Source: Thermoanaerobaculia bacterium
GTDB lineage: Bacteria; Acidobacteriota; Thermoanaerobaculia; UBA5066
DNA: 64,000 bases
Assembly (NCBI GenBank): GCA_963719225.1
Contig: CAVRAY010000001.1
Coordinates: 2,400,001-2,464,000, forward strand
Direction: 5' to 3'
Notes under the pieces: model-generated
What the model was told of the DNA's origin: nothing
The model's input: the letters and a program-made list of their open reading frames with translations, nothing else
Databases searched by the model: none
Shown here: positions 57,558 through 64,000 of the stretch, one piece after another
How the letters are laid out: each line of letters begins with the position of its first letter
How positions within the stretch are numbered: position 1 is the stretch's first letter
Translations under genes and position numbers: made by a program

Positions 57558-58901
57558 ATGGTTTTCTTCAATTACGCGACGATGCAGATGGCCGCCAAGA
57601 TCGTGTACTACGGTCCGGGCCTCTGTGGGAAAACGACGAATCTTCACGTGATTTACGGGCGCACGGCACCCACCTCTCGAGGGGAGATGGTCTGTCTCGA
57701 GACGGAAACGGACCGGACGCTCTTCTTCGACCTCCTTCCCCTCGACGTCGGCGTCATCGGCGGATTCAAGACCCGTCTTCAGCTGTACACCGTCCCCGGA
57801 CAGGTCTTCTACAACACGACCCGGAAGCTCGTCCTCAAGGGCGTGGATGGAATCGTATTCGTCGCCGACTCGCAGCGACCCATGAAGGATCCGAACGTCG
57901 AGAGCCTCCGCAACCTCCGGGAGAACCTCGCGGAGATCGGCGTGTCACTCGATGCGACTCCCCGCGTTTTCCAGTACAACAAACGGGACCTCGCGAACAT
58001 CCTGACACTCGACGAGCTCAACGAGGCGTTGAACCCGGACGGCTCAATCGAGTGGTACGAGGCGTCGGCGACGAACGGGACGGGAGTCTTCGAGACCCTC
58101 AAGGCGATCTCGAAGCTGACCCTGCGCTCGCTCAAGGGACGGATGGCCGTCGAGCAGCGGCGTCCCGCGGTCGTCGCGTCCGCGGCCACGCCGGGTCCCC
58201 AGCCGCTCATGTCGTCCAAAGCCGCCGCGTCGGGCATCGGCGAAGCCATCGACGCGATGGCGACGTCTGCGGTCTCCGCGTCCCATGTCGCGCCGGGAGA
58301 CGGCTTCGACTCGACGATCTCCCGTCTCAAGCGCTTCCAGGAAGCCGCCCGGCAGTCCCGCGATCTCGATTCACGCGAAATTCCAGCCGACACCTCGCCC
58401 GCGATTCCCCTTCCCGCCGAAACCGCCCCGTTCGACGCCGCCAATTTCCCGCATCCCGACGACGCGTCCAGCGAGGTGAGTTTTGCCGAGATCCAGCCTC
58501 CGCCGGACGACGTCCCCATGGACTCTTCGATGAAGCACGTGCGCGTGCGCTCGAACGTCGACATCCTTTCCGAGCTCGAAAAGCTCCGCAAGCTCGCGAC
58601 GCAGCGGCCCGCCTCGCCGAGCGGCTCCCACAAGACGAAGACCAAGAGCGCGGCCGACGTCTCGCTCGACGACCTGCTCGGGTCGACGCGGAATCACCGC
58701 AAGGACGTGGTGCAGTCGTTCGACCTCCAGGTCCCCCGCGACACGCTCGCGAAAACCCGGCACGTGACGGTCGGGCTTTCGTTCGGGGACGGAGAGGGCG
58801 CCGCGCTCGGCTCCGAGAAACGGTTCGACGTGGATTTCGCGGGCTTGAAGGACATCAACAAGCTCCTGCTTTCGCTGAAGTTCCATGTCAAAGGCGAGTG
58901 A
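57558..58901 (+). CDS. MglA-like small GTPase with long C-terminal extension
   Basis: KIVYYGPGLCGKTTNL, RTLFFD, LYTVPGQVFY, FVADSQ and NKRDL. Confidence 0.88.
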   Translation: MVFFNYATMQMAAKIVYYGPGLCGKTTNLHVIYGRTAPTSRGEMVCLETETDRTLFFDLLPLDVGVIGGFKTRLQLYTVPGQVFYNTTRKLVLKGVDGIVFVADSQRPMKDPNVESLRNLRENLAEIGVSLDATPRVFQYNKRDLANILTLDELNEALNPDGSIEWYEASATNGTGVFETLKAISKLTLRSLKGRMAVEQRRPAVVASAATPGPQPLMSSKAAASGIGEAIDAMATSAVSASHVAPGDGFDSTISRLKRFQEAARQSRDLDSREIPADTSPAIPLPAETAPFDAANFPHPDDASSEVSFAEIQPPPDDVPMDSSMKHVRVRSNVDILSELEKLRKLATQRPASPSGSHKTKTKSAADVSLDDLLGSTRNHRKDVVQSFDLQVPRDTLAKTRHVTVGLSFGDGEGAALGSEKRFDVDFAGLKDINKLLLSLKFHVKGE

Positions 58902-58957
58902 GGCCGGGGGCGATTTCGCTTGACCTCGTGCTCCCGGCTCGGGTCCACTTCCAAACG

Positions 58958-60796
58958 ATGAGTATCCGCCGGCGTCTTCTTGCCCGGGTCGCGGGCCTCC
59001 TGGCGGGGCTTCTGCCGTTCGTGATCGCCGGCTGTTCGGCAGCGCCTCGCGAGGTCCCGGTGACTTCAGCCGCACCGCCGGAGGACCCGCCGGCGATCTC
59101 CGCGGCGCGCAAGCTCGCCTCCGAGCAGTTCCACCAGGGCAAGGCGCTCGCGCTCGAGGGCGAGAGCGATTGCGCCCGCCAGGCATTCCGCGATGCCCTC
59201 GAGGGCTTCCGGATCGCGGCCCGAGAGGGCAACCCCTCCGATCTCGCCTTTGCGAGAGAGCTCTACGATTCGATCACTCTTTACCGCCCCGCGATCGAAG
59301 CCGGCGCGCGGGCACGCGAAGCCGAACGGCCGCCGGCCGAAGACCCGCGCGACAGCCTCGTCGCCACGGCGCCGCTCCCCTCTGCCGACGAGGTCGAGAA
59401 GGCCAAGAAGGAGGTCTCGTCGGCACCTTCCGGAATCGGCTTCGACATCCCGATCGTCGTGAACGACGCCGTTCTCAAGGCCGTCGCCTTTTACCAGTTC
59501 CGGACGCCCATGGCCTTCGCCGCGGCCCTGAAGCGCAAGGGACGCTATCTCGACCTCATGCGCGGGATCCTCAGGGAAGAGGGGGTTCCCGAGGACCTCG
59601 TCTACGTCGCGATGGTCGAATCCGCCTTCAAGTACCAGGCACATTCCCGCGCCGCCGCGCACGGCTTCTGGCAGTTCATCGCGGGCACCGGCAAGCGTTA
59701 CGGCCTCAAGCGGAACGGCTCGCTCGACGAGAGGAGCGATCCGATCAAGTCCACGCGCGCCGCAGCGGCCTATTTCCGCGACCTGTACGAGATGTTCGGC
59801 GACTGGCATCTCGCGATGGCCGCGTACGACGCGGGCGAGGGTCGGATTCTGAAGGGACTCCAGCGCACCGGCGCGCGCGATTTCTGGGAGCTCGCGGCGG
59901 GCGGCAGCCTCCGGCGCGAGACCCGCGATTACGTCCCCTTCGTTCTCGCGACGGCCCTCATCGCGAAAGATCCGGCGCGCTTCGGTTTCGACGTCGTGCC
60001 CGATCCGCCACTCGCGTGGGAAACGGTGACGGTGCGGAAGAGTGTCGATCTCGCGCGCGTGGCCGACCTCACCCATTCGACGCTGCCGGAGCTCCAGCTT
60101 CTCAACAGCGAACTGAGGACCCGTGCGACTCCGCACGGTGTTTCCACGTACGACGTACGCGTTCCCGCCGGCTCGGCGGCCCTTCTGGCGTCGCAGATCG
60201 CTGCCCTGCCCGCCGCGCACGCCGTCCTCGAGAAGCGCGTCGTCGTCCGGAAGGGTGAAACGCTCCAGAAGATCGCGCGCCGCGCGCGCGTGTCCGTGGC
60301 CGAGCTGTGCGACTGGAACGACCTGCCCCGCACGGCCCGCCTGAAGAAGGGCACCGTGCTCGTCGTGCCGGGCAACCGCGGGACCGTCCCGAAACGTGTC
60401 GCGGTCGCTTCGGAGTCTCGCGCACCTCAGGGCGAGATCCGCGGCGTTCCGACGCCCGCGGCCGCCGTGACGTCGGCGTCCGGCGTCGGGCCATACACGT
60501 CTGTTCCGCTCACGACCGATTCGCGGCAGAGCGGCCCGGCGGGAGCCCTCGAGATTCCCCAGGAAGGGTTCGTCGATTCACCTTCGCGAACCGCCCTGGC
60601 AAAGAGCACGAAGGCGCAGGAAGTACGCGGCATCCGCGTCGTCCGCCACACGGTCAAGAAGGGCGACACGCTTTACTCCCTCGCCGCTCGATACGGGACG
60701 ACGATCGACGCCATCCTCCGCGAGAACCGCCTTCGCTCTCCGCACTCGCTCAAGGCCGGGCAGACGCTCGTCCTCTCGCTCGTCGCTCTGAACTGA
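58958..60796 (+). CDS. MltD-like lytic transglycosylase lipoprotein with LysM domains
   Basis: IAGC lipobox; AMVES, GFWQF, ETRDYVP and LysM repeats (VKKGDTLYSLAARYG). Confidence 0.9.
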   Translation: MSIRRRLLARVAGLLAGLLPFVIAGCSAAPREVPVTSAAPPEDPPAISAARKLASEQFHQGKALALEGESDCARQAFRDALEGFRIAAREGNPSDLAFARELYDSITLYRPAIEAGARAREAERPPAEDPRDSLVATAPLPSADEVEKAKKEVSSAPSGIGFDIPIVVNDAVLKAVAFYQFRTPMAFAAALKRKGRYLDLMRGILREEGVPEDLVYVAMVESAFKYQAHSRAAAHGFWQFIAGTGKRYGLKRNGSLDERSDPIKSTRAAAAYFRDLYEMFGDWHLAMAAYDAGEGRILKGLQRTGARDFWELAAGGSLRRETRDYVPFVLATALIAKDPARFGFDVVPDPPLAWETVTVRKSVDLARVADLTHSTLPELQLLNSELRTRATPHGVSTYDVRVPAGSAALLASQIAALPAAHAVLEKRVVVRKGETLQKIARRARVSVAELCDWNDLPRTARLKKGTVLVVPGNRGTVPKRVAVASESRAPQGEIRGVPTPAAAVTSASGVGPYTSVPLTTDSRQSGPAGALEIPQEGFVDSPSRTALAKSTKAQEVRGIRVVRHTVKKGDTLYSLAARYGTTIDAILRENRLRSPHSLKAGQTLVLSLVALN

Positions 60797-60891
60797 GGCT
60801 CCGAGATCCCATGCGGGGCGTGGCCCCTTATCCTCGTTGCGTCGTCAGCAGCCGAGGCGTTGATGGTCGCGGGGGCTCCGGCCCCGGCTGC

Positions 60892-60932
60892 TTGCATGCT
60901 ATGAATGCAGCGCCTATAGTGTCTGCATGCAA
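60892..60932 (+). promoter_or_regulatory. TA promoter (probably leaderless) with TGCATGC operator-like repeats
   Basis: TTGCAT-N17-TATAGT, 6 nt before the ATG; TGCATGC occurs at the -35 and over the start codon. Confidence 0.6.
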
Positions 60933-61169
60933 TACACAGTCCGTGGAATTCCCGAAGAGCTCGACGCCGCGATGCGCGAGCGCGCGCGGCGCGAGGGGAA
61001 GAGCCTCAACGAGGTTGCGGTCGCGGCGCTCGCCGAAGGGATCGGCCTCGGGGACGAGCCTGTCGTGAGGCGCGATCTCGCCGACATCGTCGGGACCTGG
61101 AAGAGAGAGGCGGCGGTCGAGAAAGCGCTCGCGGCGCAGGACGAGGTGGACGAGAGCCTCTGGAGATGA
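60927..61169 (+). CDS. VapB/FitA-like ribbon-helix-helix antitoxin
   Basis: MQYTVRGIPEELDAAMRERARREGKSLNE; overlaps the PIN gene. Confidence 0.8.
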   Translation: MQYTVRGIPEELDAAMRERARREGKSLNEVAVAALAEGIGLGDEPVVRRDLADIVGTWKREAAVEKALAAQDEVDESLWR

Positions 61170-61549
61170 GGCTTGCCCTCGACACGAATCGCTACGTCGA
61201 TCTGTGCAACGGTCGCGCTCAGACGGCTGAGCTCGTCGCCACGGCCGAGGAGGTTCTCCTTCCCTTCATCGTCGTCGCCGAGCTCCGCGCCGGCTTCTCG
61301 ATCGGCCGCCGATCCGCCGAGAACGAGCGCGTCCTCCGGCTCTTCCTCCTGAAGAGCGGCGTCCGCGCCCTCTACGCCGACGAGCAGACGACACACCACT
61401 ACGCGGCCGTCTTCCGGCAGCTTCGGAGACAAAGCACGCCGATCCCCACGAACGACATCTGGATCGCCGCATTGGTGCTCCAGAACGACCTCGCTCTGCA
61501 CGCCCGCGACAAGCACTTCGACGAGCTGCCGCAGATCGTCAGAAGGTAG
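61166..61549 (+). CDS. vapC: VapC PIN-domain toxin
   Basis: LDTN, VVAEL, NDIWIAA and RDKHF. Confidence 0.9.
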   Translation: MRLALDTNRYVDLCNGRAQTAELVATAEEVLLPFIVVAELRAGFSIGRRSAENERVLRLFLLKSGVRALYADEQTTHHYAAVFRQLRRQSTPIPTNDIWIAALVLQNDLALHARDKHFDELPQIVRR

Positions 61550-61658
61550 CGCCGCCCCGGATGTTTGCGACCGCGACGTAAACCGCGCAACCACACGCGC
61601 GCGGCGTGGAGAACGGCGGCGTTTCGACGCGACGGGCTCCCCACACCGCGTCCGGTGC

Positions 61659-61943
61659 ATGTCAGATCTTGAGATGCACGTCACTAATCCGCGGGGTCCC
61701 GAGCACGCGTTCGAGGTCCAGCTTCCGTTCCTGCAGCGAATCCTCGGCGAGGGCTTCACGTTCCTTCCCGTAGCCGTCTCGGAGCAGTCGGCTTCGGAGA
61801 AGGCGGATCTCATCGACGTGTTCCTCGGCGAGACCGGCACGCTGGTCCTCGTAAGCACCGACCTCAGCCACCATCACGGCGTCGAGACCGCCCGCCGGCT
61901 CGACCGCGAAACGGCGGAGAACGTCGTCGCGCGGAAAGCAAAC
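61659..61943 (+). pseudogene. Internal fragment of AmmeMemoRadiSam protein B (MEMO1/AmrB), cut by IS481
   Basis: EHAFEVQLPFLQ and VSTDLSH motifs; both termini are missing. Confidence 0.7.
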
Positions 61944-62880
61944 TGTCGGGGCTAAACAGATTGTTCACTCTGGACACCGGCGGTTTACCTCCGAGTGAGG
62001 AGTGCTGGCGGTGGAAATTGTAGTAGTGGAGCCAGCGCGGTAAAGCGTGGCGGCGCTTTGCTGAGGAAGAGTAAGAGCGGCGATAGGCCCACTCCCTGAG
62101 CATGGTCTGGATGAAGCGCTCGGCCTTGCCGTTGGTGCGCGGGCGGTAGCGGTGGGTGAAGCCGTGCCGAATCGAGGCCCTGTCGAGGACTTCGTTGAAA
62201 GTGCCCGAGGTAAAGACCTTGCCGTTATCGGTGAGGAGTCGTCGGGGCTGTATCCCCGAGCCGCGGTACCAGGCGATGGCGCGCTCGAGGAATCCGGCCG
62301 CCGTGTGTTTGTCTTCGGTTTTCAGCGGCTCGACGTAGCTCAGGCGCGAGTGGTCGTCGATGCACACGTAGATGTGCTCGTAGCCGACGCCGCGCTTCAT
62401 TCTTGTGCGGTCGCCGTGGATGCGGTGGCCTGGACCTCCGACGATGTGGGCCAGCTTCTTGATGTCGATGTGGAGGAGGTCTCCGGGATTCGGGAGCTCG
62501 TAGCGATTCGGCGGCTCGGGCGGCTGACGGGATCGCAGACGGCCCACGCCGGCCTTTCGAAGAATCCGGCTCACCGTGGCCCGTGGCAGCCCGATCGTCT
62601 CGGAGATCTCGCGCCCCACGAGGCGCTTCTGGCGCATCTCCAGTACCCTCCTTCTAAGCTTCTCTGGCGTTCGCGTGGGAGAGCTGCGCGGCCGGCTCGT
62701 TCGGTCCAACAGCCCCGCCAAGCCTTCCTCACGGTAGCGCCTCAGCCCCTTGGCCACGGTTCTGACGCTCAGTCCAAGGGCTTCCGCCGCCTCCCGGCGG
62801 CTCCAGCCCTCGGACTGCACTCTGTGGACGGTTAGCTCTCGACTTCGGGGGTTCGTTCTTGCTCTGCTATGGCAGTTCAT
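61864..62880 (-). CDS. IS481 family transposase
   Basis: HTH N-terminus; HIDIKKL, IDDHSR, TDNG, TNGKAERFIQT, YN..R.HSSL and terminal RVNNL. Confidence 0.92.
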   Translation of the reverse strand: MNCHSRARTNPRSRELTVHRVQSEGWSRREAAEALGLSVRTVAKGLRRYREEGLAGLLDRTSRPRSSPTRTPEKLRRRVLEMRQKRLVGREISETIGLPRATVSRILRKAGVGRLRSRQPPEPPNRYELPNPGDLLHIDIKKLAHIVGGPGHRIHGDRTRMKRGVGYEHIYVCIDDHSRLSYVEPLKTEDKHTAAGFLERAIAWYRGSGIQPRRLLTDNGKVFTSGTFNEVLDRASIRHGFTHRYRPRTNGKAERFIQTMLREWAYRRSYSSSAKRRHALPRWLHYYNFHRQHSSLGGKPPVSRVNNLFSPDSLLSARRRSPPFRGRAGGRSRRRDGG

Positions 62881-62966
62881 CCGGGTCTCTCCGATGGCCT
62901 GCTGATGTTTCGCACCAACAGCTTCCCACCGGTTAACCCGGGTGAACAACCTCCTGAGTCTTTACA
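61944..62966 (-). mobile_element. IS481 family insertion sequence (1023 bp)
   Basis: TGT...ACA ends; imperfect 25-bp inverted repeats (17/25, ending TTGTTCAC); GCTAGC on the right flank. Confidence 0.88.
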
Positions 62967-62980
62967 GCTAGCTGAGCTCT

Positions 62981-64000
62981 CTAGGGCAGCGGCGTTATGA
63001 ACGAGCCGTCCGACGTCACGTTGTCGTTGATGACGGCGTAGGCGTAGTACGGCGCGCTGCCCGACACGCGCTCCACCCGGACATAGCCGTTGGCTGCCGC
63101 CGGCGCGATGTCGGTCAAGCGGTACTGGTGGAAGTCGCCGGGCGAGAGCGTCTGCTCGACCGAGCCGGTGACGGAGCTGCCGTCACCAGAGAGGAACGTC
63201 ACCCGCAGCCTCACGTCACCGTCGGCCGCCGCTCCGCCGTTCTGGATCGCCACATTCGTGCGGTCCGACGCGCTCTCGCGCAGCGCGCAAAGGTACGCCG
63301 TGCCGGCGAGGAGCTGGCCGACCGGCACGCCGGAGTACGCCAGGCCCGCCCGGCCGGCCGGGGCGCCCGGCGGGACGGGCGTCGCCGTGCGCACGGTGAC
63401 GACGGCCGCAGAGGCCGACGAGAGGCCGGCGAACGCCACGCGCAGCGTGCCGACGCGGTTGCCGCTGTCGGGGAGCGGCACGCCCTTCACGCGCAGATAG
63501 TTGATCGCGTCCGAGACGATGCGCTGCTCTCCGGGGGCGAGCGAATCCGAGGCCGAGCCGGTGCCGCCGCCGGTCGCCGCCACGTACGTGTAGGTGATCG
63601 AGGCGGGCGTCGTCCCGCGGTTCGTGAGCGCCATCTCCGACGTGTAGAACGAGCCCGCGGCACCGGACGAGGAGAGGATGACCGGCACGAAGAGCGTCGC
63701 CGTCGTCGATGCCGGCGTGTACGTGAGTTGCGTAACGTTTCCGCCCGGGCCGAGCTCCCCGGTCGCGGCGTCGACCGGCACCGCGAACACACCGTTGATC
63801 ACGCAGCTCGAGTTCGCGCACTGTATGACATCGAATTCCCCGGTTCCCGATCCCGAGAAACTTGTGGCCTGGATATCGATCAGGAGGGGGCCGTTCGCCC
63901 GGTTGTACCGAAATGGCGTGGTGAACACGATGTTGTTGGCGAATGGGCACGGACCGGGTGCGGCACACCCGGCGCCCGTAAGCGTGAAATTGCTGGGTGA
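62981..64000 (-). CDS. Hypothetical, probably secreted protein (5' end outside window)
   Basis: The frame is open to the window edge; G..GSFYTSEMALTN, RTNVAIQN and YAVINDNVTSDG motifs. Confidence 0.78.
   Translation of the reverse strand, partial: SPSNFTLTGAGCAAPGPCPFANNIVFTTPFRYNRANGPLLIDIQATSFSGSGTGEFDVIQCANSSCVINGVFAVPVDAATGELGPGGNVTQLTYTPASTTATLFVPVILSSSGAAGSFYTSEMALTNRGTTPASITYTYVAATGGGTGSASDSLAPGEQRIVSDAINYLRVKGVPLPDSGNRVGTLRVAFAGLSSASAAVVTVRTATPVPPGAPAGRAGLAYSGVPVGQLLAGTAYLCALRESASDRTNVAIQNGGAAADGDVRLRVTFLSGDGSSVTGSVEQTLSPGDFHQYRLTDIAPAAANGYVRVERVSGSAPYYAYAVINDNVTSDGSFITPLP

Noticed and set aside
60927-61549. vapBC as a novel defence system
   Set aside because: It is a standard type II toxin-antitoxin pair.
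1-64000. Many long antisense or alternate-frame ORFs (e.g. 13725-17369 +, 54320-56389 +, 42854-45295 -)
   Set aside because: These are shadows of real genes in high-GC DNA, rich in R/P/A/G and without domains.
1-64000. CRISPR arrays, tRNA, rRNA, SRP RNA near ffh, and Rex operators
   Set aside because: I found no repeat-spacer array, cloverleaf, SRP core loop or TTGTGAA-N4-TTCACAA site by eye.

Overview
High-GC (roughly 70% by eye) bacterial chromosome segment, most likely Acidobacteriota/Thermoanaerobaculia-like (inferred from gene content). It is mostly core genes: the end of the nuo operon plus rex, glgP, ffh-rpsP-rimM-trmD-rplS-rnhB, surface-glycan genes, a queG/idh/trmB operon, pgsA, alaS, pilT, a Tat-exported xanthine-dehydrogenase-family molybdoenzyme cluster, ilvE, hrcA-grpE-dnaK-dnaJ-prmA-rsmE, an MglA-like GTPase and an MltD-like protein. 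A vapBC module, an amrB fragment and an IS481 lie at the right end. The most striking unexplained signal is in the DNA rather than in any gene: an AT-rich, near-palindromic motif (core TTCTAAGNA / TNCTTAGAA) with asymmetric purine/pyrimidine flanks occurs at least 16 times, mostly inside coding sequence and in several reading frames. It usually forms inverted pairs 136-139, 148, 159 or 169 bp apart, close to 13, 14, 15 and 16 helical turns. This suggests an undescribed DNA wrapping/looping or uptake-type signal that overrides codon usage and coincides with Ser-rich insertions in AlaS and RsmE. Two single-base frameshifts (grpE and the FAD subunit) are probably sequencing errors.
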